The translations under genes were made by a program, and so were the position numbers. Below are positions 50,520 through 64,000 of a stretch of DNA of 64,000 nt, in pieces (position 1 is the stretch's first letter; the number at the start of each line of letters is the position of its first letter). The DNA is taken from contig NW_026515669.1 of the NCBI RefSeq assembly GCF_025526975.1, positions 186,001 to 250,000 of the forward strand, written 5' to 3'. This DNA is from Fimicolochytrium jonesii. Taxonomy: Eukaryota. Below the pieces are notes generated by a model. The model was not told the origin of the DNA. It did not search any database and saw nothing but the letters and a program-made list of their open reading frames with translations.

Positions 50520-50980
50520 GTGGATATGAAGCCGATGCTGTTGTGCAGTGGGGTTAGGGTTATAGCTGTGCAGGTTAGGGTTAAGAGTAGAAAAGACCAG
50601 TGGGAAGACGACGGCTTCGCACAGTGGTACCCCCATTTCCTATACCTTTTTCTATACACAATCCACAATTCACCATTCTATATATGATCTGACCATCGAC
50701 GGCTACTTGCGATCGCGCGCACAACAGATGCGTGTAGTGGGCATGAGTGAGTTTATAGGTGGTATACTGCACGGTGCACGTATGTGTATATGACCTCGAC
50801 TTTTGCTGTGGTATCGCAATGGAATCGAAACCCATCAAGCTTCTCGGGAATGGCCTAGAAAGCGTCAAATCAAAACAAACGTCACAACACAACTGGCGAA
50901 ATGCAGATCATGATATATTGTCCAGGAGTTTGTCCCCTCAACCCATCTTCACGGTAGGAAGCACTTGTGAGCCTAGTTAT

Positions 50981-51606
50981 TTAATGCTCATTGACAAACT
51001 CGCTCGAGGTCTGCGAACCGCGACGCCATTTCTTGCGGGATAGGGTTGGGTCGTAAAGCTGTGATGGAGATGAAACCGGGAATTGCATATCAGTGATTTC
51101 AACCCGGAACGAATAGGAATGCGAGGCTGCATGCTTGTCATATATCTCGGATGCAACATAGCCCGGTCTCCTCGTCACCGAGAACAGTCGTCAGACAGTG
51201 GTGCAAATGCGTACCTTGCTAGTCTCGTTCTCGCCAACAGTCAAGTACGGATGGGGGTTTGTCCTTCATACAAATGGACGCATTCCCCAAGTCAGCATAC
51301 ATCCAAGCTCCCGAACAATGTCAAAGCGGCCTCCAAAAACATACCTGCGAGCCCAGACAACTACGCCAAAGAGAAACATCCGAGCGTCGTCAGTTGGACG
51401 ATCTCAAATTGACGCGACAGGAAAAAATGCACGACCTACCACTCGGGTCCTTTGCTTTATGCACAAGGAAGAAGCCGACGCCGACCGCGGCGCCCACCAT
51501 GATGCCCGCTAGGGGATATACCTGAGAGAGAGGAACACTGGTTAGCACTTGTTTGGGGCGAGTGGTGAGGGTGTGCGATGCTTACACCAACGGGAACGGA
51601 AACCAT
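50981..51606 (-). CDS. Small single-TM NDUFA4/B12D-like protein (81 aa, 5 exons)
   Basis: GT-AG splicing gives MVSVPVG-VYPLAGIMVGAAVGVGFFLVHKAKDPS-VVWARR-TNPHPYLTVGENETSK-LYDPTL...NEH*. The YPL, TM helix, P.V.W and P pattern fits the family. Confidence 0.8.
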
Positions 51607-53355
51607 CTTGGGAGTGTGCCCGATGTTTGAGTTGAGAGGGGAGAGATGTGGTGTGGGTGAGGACGATTGCGGCGCTTTGCTGGTAGTTTTGTAAGTTTGG
51701 TATGTTCTGTTTTCAGAATCAATAGTGTGCTTTGCGTCTGTCTGGCGTTTTATATACACCTTCCCATCATCAATCCGGCTGCACTCTTTATCACCAAGTG
51801 GTCATATGACGTGACATCGTATTGCCCTGGCCATTATTTGCCGCATTCGAGCGGGAGAACAATTCCCCGGTCCATTTTTGGCACAATACAGGAATAGCGA
51901 AGAAGGTAAGATGCACACATCTTTTTCACAGAGAGTCCGCGTATGGGGCGGAGTCGGCGGGTAAAAAATCGACAGCGCGCGTCACTCTCTCTCGGGCTCA
52001 CCTTTTTCGACCTCAACTTGCTCCGTATGTGCAGATGGCAAAGAAATCGGATGGTGGGCTACTGCTGGAATCAGTAACATGATATCCCAACGTTCGGACG
52101 ACGACGAGGAGGGTGGTACCATGGCATACCAGATCATTCTCAGGCGCCGTTTCGGTTCTTACAATCGTACCGCTTGCCGAAGCGTTGTTCGAAGAGCGTC
52201 TCTGCAACAAAGGCCTTCAACTCACTGCCAACCAGGCGGTCTCACATTGCGTACGCAATCATGGACTTGGGAATCCTGCTCAAAAGCGTGCTTCACTTAT
52301 CCCACAAAGTGGGCGCGTAAGAAGAGTTCAAACGACAACATTGGGGCAAGGCGTTTTGATCTCAAGAAGTAACGGGCAATTGACCCCCGCTAGGTACGGG
52401 TGGTCTCCATGAAATCGTAAGTCTATTTCCCACTCTTCTGCTACATGTTGGCCGCTGGTCACAACTTGGTCAACCTGGTCACTCATCACTTGCCGCATCG
52501 CAGGGACGGAATGATATCCACCGATGGACACGGAGGGATTGTGTGCCTCACGAGGCTCACCTGAGAAGGTCGGAGACACCCATGAAAGCCACGCAAGGCC
52601 AAGGCTGCTCAGCAAGACGCCCTCAGGGCAACCTATCTGGACTCATGAATGAATTGCGATGGTGTCGAGTTCGGGCGGTTATGCTGTCTGCGTAGATCTC
52701 TAGACCGATCAAGTCCGGCCAGAAGGCCAAGACGCGATGTCGACTTCGGCCGTCAGAAGCAGAGAGTTTCCCGAGCAGATGTCGATCGGCGGCGTAGTTA
52801 CTGTGCTGTGGCTACCACGATCTTGGTTCTCGGAACTCCCGTAATTAATTTGAACCCATAATTTACACTTGGCGCCAGTATGATATGAGTACTTATGACT
52901 AGGGGTAAGGTCTCTTTCCCCTCGGAGAGCGAGTTTGTTGCCGTCACGCTTGGCAGGAAAGACGCACCACTTCCTTCCGCTCCCGCTCGCCAACTCGACG
53001 CTCGCACATACACAGGACTTGAACTATCCTGCCCTTCCTGACTGGCCTCTCACTTGGTGGGCAGACCTCCCGAAATACATAACGACGGCGGCGACGACGA
53101 CCAACGACAGGCGACCGGACGTCACGAGGGACAGCATTCCCCACTTCCAGAGCACCTCTCATACGCGAACAGCATACTAGCAAGTCTTGTCCGCCGAGTG
53201 TCTCGCGGCTCACCAAATACATAGTAGACTATTCCCGCAACCATGGCGTTTCCAATGCCATACCAGAACATCCCGAAGGTAAATATATTTGGGAGCTTCT
53301 CCATGCCCACACTCTTCCCGCTCTCCCCAATGTAACAGAACTGTGGCATAGCGCT

Positions 53356-55611
53356 ATGGAGGCATTCTTCCGATATTTGAGAAACGCCAACTGGTTCAAA
53401 ACTTGTTTCTTACCTCTTCTTTGGCCTTTCTCTTCCCCCGACACAAAGGATGTGAGGGACACCACCAAGGCCAAACTCCCTCCTGCACTGCTGCCGTCCC
53501 GAAGGGCTACAGAGGACAGCCTGTCAGGAAGCGAGAGCTCGCCTGGCCGGAAGAGCTCCGCAGCCTCAAAGTTGCCACCCAATATAAGCAGAGAGGAGAC
53601 GGATAGCTCGTGGCACGAGGACGCACCTTTCTTGCCATTCCTGGACGAAGTTCGCGCAGCCGGAGAACGCGGCCGCTCCCACTCGTCTTCATCTTCCGAG
53701 GAGGATTTGACGCTTCAGAGGTCACGCTCCAGGAGCGATCGGATTCGAGGACTGCGGCGTCTGAAAGAAATCGTGAACGCATCGGTCGAGTCTCTAGCGT
53801 TGACGGGAGATGACTCGGCAGAATACGATCCCCTGTCCCGGTTACCCTTTGCGTCTTTGAGGGACAATGCCGAATTTCACCGTCTGTATCCCGACATTGA
53901 TGAACGGGATAGGCTCGTCAATGACTTTGCCTGCGCCTGGAACAAGGATGGGTTGCTCATCCAGGGAAGGATGTACATATCGCAGGATCACGTATGCTTC
54001 AAAGGATGGACCAGCAGCTCCGTGTTCTCGCTGCCTTTCCTTCAAATATCGCGCATCGAGAAGAGGACCATTGCTCTCGTTTTCTCCAACTCGATCGAGA
54101 TTGAGATGCCTGATGGCAAATACTTTTTCGCGAGCTTTTTCAACCGCGATCAAACATTCAGAGTGCTTCAGCAACTCTGGGAGGCAAACATGACGGTATG
54201 CCTCAGAACTTACGTCCTTGTGAGATCCTTCCATGATACTAATCATTGTCTATCCCAATTCATTAGCCCTGTTCTTGTGACGGAATCGGCACATGCGCAA
54301 CATGTTTCAAGAGAGCGACCATCACTAACCGGCCCAGAAGAGGAGACAGTCCTTCGATGACCAGCCTGGATCTGCGCCGAGGCCCGGTGTCCGGCGACTT
54401 GGTCTCAGACGGCTCATCGAACTACTCAAACTCGTTGAACACCATGGTGGACCAAAGGCTGCAGCCTGAGGGAGAAGACAATGTTGATGAAATGGCGATC
54501 CCCACGCCTCCCAAAACGCCAAACCCTGGCGCTCGGTCAGACGCGAAGAGGTCACCTCATCCTGCCGAATGCGGGTGTGGGGCGGATCGTGACAAGTTGA
54601 GGAAGTTGCTGGATGTGGTGTATCCTGTTCCTATTGAGGAGGTTTGGCGGGAATACTACACCACTGGCAATAGTCAGGACGGTGGGTGGTATGCATCGTT
54701 CTTGGCTGATAAACGCAAAGCTCGAGGTAGGCCGCTTGATGTCACAGTGTCCCGTTTTCTCGTCTCGAATCAAAAAATAACACACCATGCTACTCGCAGA
54801 AATCGCCGTTGGACCCTGGGCAGCACAAGGCGTAACCTCCACCGTAAAACCCATCCCATCATCATCCGCATCCGACCCCACCTTCACCCCCGCCCTCCCC
54901 ACCATCCAAACCGGCGCCCATCGCACCCTCGAATACGTCCTCCCCCTCTCCGGCCCCATCGGCCCCAAACAAACCCGCTGCCAAGTCACCGAAGAAGTCA
55001 TCGGCGCGTCCACCTCCAACGACTTTGTCTGCGTCTCCAGTAAAGCCGTCACGCCCGACGTCCCCTCTGGAACCTCCTTCCATGTCATCACCCGCGTCTG
55101 CCTGCTCCACGTACCCCCCGCGCAGACACGTATGATCGTCACCACCGATATCGTGTTTACGAAATCGTGCTGGATCAAAGCGGCGATTGAGCGGGCGACG
55201 CCTGAGATGCAGCAACGTTTTTTTAATGACGTGCACGCTTCCTTATCCGAGAAGTTCGCCAAGAAGCAAACGACACCTCCGGAATCGACCACAACCAGGG
55301 AGTTGCAGAACACTGCCCGCGCACGCCCCACCAACCCCCGCCGCAACACACAAAAAGACCGCAGCGCGACAACCCCCACACCGGACACGCTCAAAACCAC
55401 CATCCCAACCCCCAGCAAACCCGTCAATCTCGCGATAGGCACCCGCTGGCTCCAAGCCGCACCCATCCCTATCGTCCTGCTTATGCTCCTGTTCGCGTTC
55501 GTGGCGCTGTTCTCGCTGACTATCCAGAGCATTGCGCTGTATAAGGTAATTGGCGTGCTGGAACGTGTTGAGGAGAGGATGACGGAGAGGATGATGAGGG
55601 GGGCTTTGTAG
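53356..55611 (+). CDS. GRAM + VASt/StARkin sterol-transfer protein (LAM/GRAMD1-like) with C-terminal TM
   Basis: GRAM (NAEFHRLY, DFACA, LIQGRMYISQDHVCF, NSIEI, YFFASFFNRD), VASt (GPIGPKQT, TPDVPSGTSFHV) and a hydrophobic tail. Confidence 0.88.
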
Positions 55612-57616
55612 TGGCGTGATTAAGTCGCGACTACTGTCATCAACCCGGTATCGATTATCAGCAAAATAGTTAACGGCGTACATGCGTATATAGCGTGGGT
55701 GGTTAGTTTAGATATTGGGGAGCGCCTGCTGCCCTTCTAGTTTTCATTTCTTTTCTGCGCGCTTCGTGTATCATATACAAAGGCGTTCGTTTTTTTTGGT
55801 GGGGCTTTTGCAAGTTCAATACTTTTTCCTCGATTTAGATTGATGTGCTTTTCTGTTGCTGACTTCCTGTGTTTGAATGCAAATGGCGTTGCAATGATGA
55901 TGTGAGGCACTTCTGTTGAGACGCCCGAGTAAGATGGAGTAAGGTTCCTATAAGAGATGTCTCCACCAGAGCTTTTGCTCAACATCATGTATTTCATAGT
56001 TCATCTGAAGCTGGTAGATGAAGTGTCGTCGGTATTGAGGACAAACTTCTGGAGTACCATTCATCCACGATGAAGATTGCTTGAGACCCATTCATCTTTG
56101 AAGGATGGTTTGTATGTGAAAAAGCGTACCAATCCTCAACAACATAGGACCGGCTCACTGCTCTCCACCAAGTACACAGCGAAGCGTGACGTTGGGGGGT
56201 TGTTTTTACATAGAACACTAGCGCACTCCAGCAATGGTATGGAACAAAATCTCATACTGCTGACTTGCGACTCTGTGCATGTGTGCCATTCTCCATCGAC
56301 TCTACGTCTCGCACCTGCAGACGGCAAAGCGGAATGGTCGTGCGGTCAGAACATGTCGTTCATCAACTTCCAAATCACGTACAATGTCTCGGAGTGAGTC
56401 AGCAAAAAAAGGTTTGTCGTCACAAGCCGAAGCTCGATCCGGTAATACATGCTAAATACCATCATTCGCACCAGCAGTAAAGCACCGCTAGATACGCATA
56501 CGTACCATCTGGAGATCGAAGGGTGGCAACCAACTACGATGTCGACCTCGGAGGCGAAGCGTTCGGTGTAGACCATGTGAAGTCGAAACTGAAGACTTGT
56601 GCACGGTGTAGACCTCGCGTGATGCTTTCCGAGTGCAACAATCTGTCGCCAAATCGACAATGACGATATATCACTTCGCAACCTTTGAGGGAGAAAGCGA
56701 GAGAGAGAAACATTGTCAGCACAGAACGTAGAGGAACAGACGTCAGCCCTCGAACAGATTTGTGGGTTCAGAAATTTGGGTATAGCTAATTAACAGTCAA
56801 CTGCCTCTAGTAATGAGGCATCCTCCTGACGTGCAAAAGTCTTATTTGGATTCATCCGCACCGGGAATCTATTCGATCGATGCTTGTACATCGTGCGAAA
56901 ACTCACCATTGAAGAGTACGGGCAGATGAGTGCACCGCTTGGGGATCACCGACAGGTAGAACGCAAGCCAAAAGCCGCCGTCAAACCGGTGTCCTTGTCG
57001 GGAGAAGTCGTATGCATCGGATGTCCAAGTTACTGGAAGATTGGGGTGGGGATGTCTGAAGAAAATCCCAAAGGGCCCTTTATATAGCTTTCCAGAAGTG
57101 GCTTGGACGTGGCGCGATCACGTGATAGTAATTAACCTACAACACTTGGGCTCTGACTTGGGCTATAACAATGTGTTGACGAATTCCTCCCCGTACAGAA
57201 GAACTACCGAGCGATATGCCTTCAAACTCGCCATAAAGGATTTCCAGCGTCTGTATAGTACAGTACATGTCTGCGTAGATGTAGCACTGAGAGCATTGCT
57301 TTTTTGCATTGCAATACCCTCTTCCAGTTGGGTAAAAGGCATCGTAGGTGACATCAGAAAGGATGCAATTCACGCGTCGGCGCGGAATCCATGTCGACTT
57401 TCTATGTGGGACTTGGACGTTGAGAGTTGGAGCTTGGCGAACTTGGCGAGAAGCAAACCGCAAGGAGGCGGTTTCCCACAAAAGTGTTGCTTATCTCTCA
57501 GCTCCCCGCACTCTCCGATACTAGACCCTCTGATAATCGCCTTTCTCTGAGGAAATTTGGTCTTCGTGCAAGTTCGTTATTGGCCAGTGGCTTGCCAAAC
57601 GTCTGCTTGGACCACA

Positions 57617-60600
57617 ATGGACAATCAGCCGTCTCCATCTCCGACATCGAACGCAACAGCTCCTATTATACCTGGCAGGCCGACGTTCGTAGGTTACCCG
57701 AATCCATACGGCTCAAAAGTTGATACAAGCATCGAAGGAACATGGTAAGCCTAGACAAGATCATTTGCGTGTTTTCCCCACGCTTATTCCGATTCCTGCA
57801 GGATCTGGTTCTTGATTGCGTGCGCGGTGTCGTTGCTCTCCGTCGGACTCTACGAGCTGGTCAGACAGCGTCATGGTCTCAGGAGAGTTCTTTATACACG
57901 TACAGAAACAAATAGGTTGGAAGCACCTGACCAAATGGAGCTTGGAGGAAGCAAAATCCTCACACGCATTCGATCCCAGGTTGGAGAGCCCACATATCCC
58001 GACGGAGTGGTTTGGCTGGTTCAAGCCAGTCTGGAATATTCCAGAGAGCTACATCGCCGAAAATGTTGGACTGGACGCTGTCATGTATGCCCATACCTGT
58101 CCTTCAACTGCTTCACCGAACGCCATTCATTTGCTATCCATTCTCTTAGGTTCCTCCGCTTCATGCGCATGTGCTTCACAATTATAGCGATCCTTACTTG
58201 TGTCCTCATTCCCATCCTCATACCGGTGAACTATTACGCCGATCGGTCAGTTCCCCCACCTCCGAATCCTAGCGGTAACTCGACAGCGCAAGGAATCAAT
58301 AAAGCGTCGCTCGATCGGTACTCCCTCGCGAACATACCTGAGGGGTCTCCGTCTCTATGGGCGCATGTGGTGTGCGCTTACATGGTGTCCTTTGTTGCAT
58401 ATCATATCATGTTCATCTCGTACAGAGAATACGCAAAACTAGCTACAGGTAGAATCATCTGAGCTTTGCGGAGGCATATTTTTTGATGCTAACATGATCC
58501 TTACTACAGAATATATCTACGCGGGTAGCGGGTGGGGGAATAAACGTCCGCCGGCATGGCGAAAGGGAGAGCTCTTGCAATTGCGCAGTGTGATGCTGCG
58601 TAACTTACCTCCGGAGCTCCAGACAGAGGAAAGCCTGAAAACATATTTGGAAGGTCTCGAGATTGGATCGATCGAAAAGGTAGTGATCGACAGAGACCCA
58701 AGCAACATCGTTTCCAAGCTGTACAAGCAGCGCGAGCGCGCTCTGAAACAGTTGGAGCGTGCTTACGTCGAGTGGCTCAAGGCCATACACTTGGAGCGTC
58801 AAAAGCGACTCGGAAAGCGTCAGCGAGTATTTTTCACCCCCGGCACGCTGTTGCGAGTGCAAGCCGCGCCACTCAACTTGCAGGAGATCGGCTTGGACGA
58901 ATTCGGTATGATCCGTTTAAGGCCGAAGAGCCGAAAGAGGAGAAGAGAAAAAGTGTGCAAAAAAAAAGGGGACACGTCGTCGTTCGGCGCCGAAAATGAC
59001 AGGATCGAATATTATAGCAAGAAGTTGACAGCTTTGACAATCAAACTCAAATATCTGAGACAAGTGGGATCGACATCGCACCCGATCGTTGCCGAAACGG
59101 CGACTGTAACGACAACGAATGCAGCAGGTTTCGTGACCTTTGGCACCCAGCGTTCCGCACAAATAGCAGCCCAAGTGTTACTGCATGACTCCGACAGCTA
59201 CTTCCCTATGTCTGTGACCCTAGCACCTCCTCCACAAGATGTAGTCTGGGAAAACCTTTCAATCTCTGCATGGCGGCGCTTCGTCCAGTCATGGGCGATC
59301 ACTGGCCTATGTTTTGTCCTAACGTTTTTCTGGATCATACCGACCGCCGCTGTCGCTTCGCTAACGAGTATAGACTCACTGGCGCGTCTGCCGGCGTTCA
59401 AAGATTTCTTCGGAGGCCTGGACAAGAACTCGCCGCAGGTCTACCTTATCGTAACCAAGATCGGGCCAGCCTTGGTTGTCAATTTAGTCAACTTGGTTGT
59501 GCCCATCATCTTCGAATGTGAGTTCTTTTCTCTGACTTCAAGTCCCGTCCGAGTCGTATACTGACGGCAATCCATTTTAGTCCTCTCCTACCGACAAGGA
59601 ATATATGCCCACTCGCAGGTCGAGATCGCCACCATGTCCAAATACTTCTTCTTCCTCCTTTTCAACATATTCTTCGTCTTCTCCGTTGCGCAAACCATCA
59701 TTCAAGTGGCCGCGGAGTTCCTGCGTAATCCGATCAGTATTGTGAACTTGACTGTTAGCCTGCTGCCCTCAGCGGCTTCCTTCTATATTACTTACGTGAG
59801 TGTCTCGGCCGAGTGTTCCTAGGGAACGAGCTCCCCATTGCTGCACAACTTACTAATCGGGTGCGGTCCCCCCCAGATCATCCTGAACCTGATGATGTTT
59901 CCTCTTGAGTTACTTCGTCCCGGTGTGATGCTACTGCAGTTCATTGGAAGATGGGTCTGCCAGACCCCGCGTGATTTCCATGGGCTGAGCATCCTGTCCA
60001 GCTCCCTCAACTATGGTAACGACGCATCAGCCATTCAATGTTCTGTCATGTTGAGAGAGATTCTGACTTTGCTACATTTTCAGGAATGCTTTATCCTATC
60101 CACGTCCTGATCTTCGTCATCGTTATATGCTATTCCACAATCGCACCGATCATCCTTGTACCGGGCTCGCTTTATTTCGCGTTGGGCTGGTTCGTTTTCC
60201 GGAATCAATTGTTGTTTGTGTATGTGAAGGAATGGGAAAGCTACGGATATCGTAAGTTCATCGGATGCTCACACATCGTAAATCGTCTTCAAAGGCACTC
60301 ATCCCGCTTTACGCATCAGATTGGGTTCTCGCCTTCCATAGGTGTACGGTGGGACTGGGCATCTACCAAGTTCTCATCGTCGGACTGCTGGCCTTGAAAA
60401 ATTCTCCAACGGCGTCAGCGCTTTGCGCACCTCTAGTCGGCTTCACTATTGTCTTCCACATCTATTGTCGCAAGATCTTTGGAAAAAGGAGTCACTTGAT
60501 CCCCTTGGATCGGTTCAGCAAAACCTACTCCGTCGGAAGCGATCCCGGTTCTCACTTACACCCGACGAATGGCAGAGATGGTGAGTACGAACTCACGCCC

Positions 60601-61277
60601 ATCGACTCGCGGCCCTCAAATGAGATATCGCACCGAAAGGGGTCATTGGCGACAAACGCCTCCTCATTCGCATCTCTGGAGCGGCGTGTGAATGACGACC
60701 AATCCGACGTGTCAGACCAGGAACTGGAGATTGTCACATCGGCGGAACAGCATGCGGCGGATCGGTACCCGACGAGTTATCGGAATCCGGTCTTTTCCAA
60801 ACCACTACCGAGGCCGTGGTTGCCTGTGAGTATGGCGGCGTGGTGGGGATTGCCTCCGCAAGTGGGTCCGCGACCGGAATCGGCAAGCAGCAAGGCTGCC
60901 AGGAAGAGTGGATCGTTCCCATCGACGAGGGGTTCGGTGGAACGGGGAATGGTGGCGCAAACAGCAGGTACGCTCTAGAGTCAAGGTCTGACATGTTTCG
61001 AAGATCACCTAACGCCTAATCCACCGTGTAATCATGTGTAGATGATACATCACTGCCACCAGATGTGGAGCGAAACATTCCATCGGTCGAAGAAGCCGAA
61101 GACGTTCCTTTGGAAGCAGTCCCACTGCCGCACATTCAGATCGACTACCACCATCACACGGCAACACCAGTGCCGGACGATGAGACGGGGCATATGAAAC
61201 CATCCGCCTCCGACGCGAGTTTGAACATGGTCCCAAGTGCGAGCATGGAGAGTTCGATGAATTTGATACAACGCTGA
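57617..61277 (+). CDS. CSC1/OSCA (RSN1/TMEM63 family) calcium-permeable channel, multi-exon
   Basis: Motifs GLDAV.FLRF, LIPVNY, SLANIP..S.SLWAHV, GFVTF...AQIAAQ, APPPQDVVWENL, KYFFFLLFNIF, YSTIAPII and RNQLLFVY. Confidence 0.92.
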
Positions 61278-61635
61278 GGTATCATTCAGCATTGTGGAGC
61301 GTATAATGTAGATAGACATACTGTACATACAGATTTTGGATTCCCAACTTGCAGCTTATTATAATTTTGTACAGCACCTAATATGTGGATTGAAATGCTG
61401 AAATGTTATGGTGTGCGGCAGTATGGCTTGCAAACCTTTGCAGGGTCTAAATAATCTGTAAAGTTTCGCCGACCGCAGTTCATATAGTAGCTTGCGATAT
61501 TTTAATGGTAATCCTGTGGGCTGAGGGCCTCTTCTGGTATCTACTGTAGCTCGAATAAAGTCAGAAAGGCTCAGAACAGGACCATATCGACGGATGTTGA
61601 CGTGTTTTTTGCCCATCTTGAGTTCGAACCCGCAC

Positions 61636-64000
61636 ATGCCACCGAAGAAGACATCAGCGACACCAACACTGACGTCCTTCCCATATGAGGTAAGTAATGC
61701 GGCTACATAGGGGTTCCCAGGCCTAGCCGCGCATCCATGAAAGCTTCTCCGTTCAGAGTTCGCTTTAAATTGTGGGTCTTTCCTATTCTCGCAGCTCGCC
61801 GATCTTACTTGGGACGCGGAACATAATGAGAACACACAGAAGAAGTACTGTTATTGTGGGAAGGATAAGGCGAGATCGTCCGTTCCTGGCGAGACCTATG
61901 AACCCATGTTGAGGTGTGGGACTTGTAGGCAGTTGTTCCATTCTGGTGAGAGAGGGATAGCCGGAACTGGGTTTTCGGGCGTCTGTGCGAAGCCCCGGAA
62001 CTGAAAGGCTGATTTTCAACGGATGCGCCAAAAGATTGCGTAGGATGCCTTTCGAACAAGCTTCTGCAAGGAGACACCTTTTACACGTTCAAATGCTCGG
62101 TTTGCGGAAAAGGGCGGCAGGAGTATGAGCGACCGGCTATGAGTTGGTAAGGTGATCATTGTTCTCGAAGATGTCTTCAAGGGAGCCATACTGATAGAGA
62201 GCCAGGCTGAATATCACGCATTTTGCGGTGTATACACTCTTACGGCAAAATCCAGCGAAGGAGTTTGTCCGGTGGAAGGAAGAGATATGCCTGTTCATTG
62301 ACACGCACTGGGAGTATCTGAAACCTGGGAAGCCTCGTACGTAGGGCTTCGTAGCATTTGATCCCTCAAGGAATGCACCTCACCCCAGTGGGTTCGACTT
62401 GTAGGTTCCCCAACGTGGCACAACACGGTCGCAAGTATATTGTCCACCTCGCATGGGAAGGACAAGGTCTTCAAATCGGGAACGGAGAAGTTTGGACAGC
62501 CAGGTGCGTTCCTGACGTACTTCGGGCACCATCTGTGGCATGCATTGAGTCACGGCGTGTAGGATACTGGGGCCTGAATGTATTGAAACCTCCGGAAAGT
62601 GGTACTGCCAAGTCTGGGGTGAAACCCAGGGTAAGCGGTTGCAAAAGATGCCAAGGGCATGTACGGGGTTCTGATGGTGATGCATGTCTCAGGAACTCAA
62701 GAACACTCCGAAGGAGAAGGATTCTACGCCCACCAGAGTGTCGCAACCTCATGTTAGGAAGAAAAGGGACCGAAAGCCGATCGATGATGGAGCTGTTCGC
62801 ACGGGACGGTTGAAGGCGGAGCCTTTCGACGAGAGTAAATGCACTCGCTCAGGCATTGCAGGTCCGTCGCTCAAGGTACATCGAACGTCATTACGTTATG
62901 GTCAATGCTGCAGTGGCTCACTTATGTGCAACAGCGCAAACTTTCACTCGAGGACGTATCGGATGCGTCGCTCACGAAGAAAGTAAAGAGCGAGCCCCTC
63001 GATGTACGCACTGTCTGATGCCAAACTCTGTTTCTCTCTCCGATGTGACGTTCTTCCGCTCTTGTAGAATGAAAATGGTTCTGTCCCCGCGACCGCAAAC
63101 ACTAGTGGAAAGCATCTGCCCGCATCTAAGCCTATCCTCGCACCCAGGCAAAGAAATGACCGGCATAAACCAGTGTCAGAAGACGAAACAGACATTTTTG
63201 GGGACGATGACTCGGACCTCTCCTCGCTGTCGTCCATCGAAGACAGCGATGATGGTCGGGGCAACCCCTCACATCATGCTTCGGCTGAGAAGCAATCTAG
63301 AATTAGGTTTGGGGGTCTTGGCAAAGGAAAGGGAATAAGCCGCGTGGAGGCAGAGGGGTATGCAAACTCGTCAGACGTACGTCGGAGATCATACCCCTCT
63401 GTACTGTCGGCTGACGATGATGAGGAAGACGAGGAGCCGGAGGATTTCACCGATGATTTGGACGAAGAAGACCAGGATGACACAGATTCGGATACAGATA
63501 CGGATGAAGAGCTTGCCTCGGAAACGAGGCCATTGGCCCCAGAAGCGAATCATAAAGCACGCGATACCTCTTTTCCATCTGCGAAGCCGAAGGTAAGTGG
63601 TGGCTTGTGGGCCTCATTCCATTTTCCAGTTTGACTGTACTGACGACATTCATATTTTGCTAGTATCATACCTTTGTAACTCCCGAACAAGAATACAATC
63701 TCCTCCAATTGCTTTCCGATGCCGCAAACCCTCTCCCACCAGCGGCCGCGCGTCTTCGGCGAAAGATCCAACTCCGGCGACACAAACGCACGGTTGGCGC
63801 CCGGTTGTTTGATTTTGATTCCGTCGTATCGCGATCCCTGCGGGACCCGCACCATCGCAGGAAAGACTCAGAGCCAACGCACAATGCTCCATCTTCTGTC
63901 AGATTGACACCGTTAATCTACCGGGAGCCGGACGGCATACCATCGTTGGTTACCCTAGCCGACGGGCGCATCGCGAAACTCATTATTCGTGGTATGGACT
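61636..64000 (+). CDS. KAT14/CSRP2BP (ATAC2)-like protein; N-terminal PHD-like Zn finger and winged helix; runs off the window
   Basis: Spliced product KYCYCG...MLRCGTCRQLFHSDC, LLQGDTFYTFKCSVC, YERPAMSW, RWKEEICLFIDTHW, TWHNTVASILS, FKSGTEKFGQPGYWGL, followed by an acidic linker. Confidence 0.72.

Noticed and set aside
51900..53300. Short ORFs between the NDUFA4-like and GRAM genes
   Set aside because: No motifs and no consistent exon chain; treated as intergenic or UTR.
54552..55532. 326-aa antisense ORF over the VASt exon
   Set aside because: Shadow ORF of a C-rich coding exon.
55894..56008. Candidate C/D-box snoRNA (ATGATGA ... CTGA)
   Set aside because: No terminal stem and only a short, imperfect putative guide; such boxes occur by chance.

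Overview
Gene-dense, intron-rich eukaryotic nuclear DNA with short GT-AG introns and CTAAC/CTGAC-type branch points. The fungal-type URA2, NCA2 and QNS1 genes, together with animal-shared families (C11orf65/MFI, FAM227, KAT14-like, GDP-L-fucose synthase), suggest an early-diverging, probably zoosporic (chytrid-like) fungus; this is an inference. I support 22 protein-coding genes. Housekeeping genes: POL12, URA2, HEM12, QNS1, LSM6, COX4, a PDI, KU70, NCA2. Others: Sec14-like, Sec7/PH, SPFH, GGCT/AIG2-like, GDP-fucose synthase, GRAM-VASt, CSC1/OSCA, two orphan multi-TM proteins, a 5-exon NDUFA4/B12D-like micro-gene missing from the ORF track, and edge-truncated MFI-like and KAT14-like genes. There are also two pseudogenes (an SDR and a 5-oxoprolinase remnant), a 202-bp TA-flanked TIR element with a structured interior, and a repeat shared by two long introns. 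The 44.3-47.2 kb segment is the most eventful. No tRNA, rRNA or CRISPR array was seen. Family calls come from recognising motifs by eye, not from database searches, and exon boundaries were read manually.
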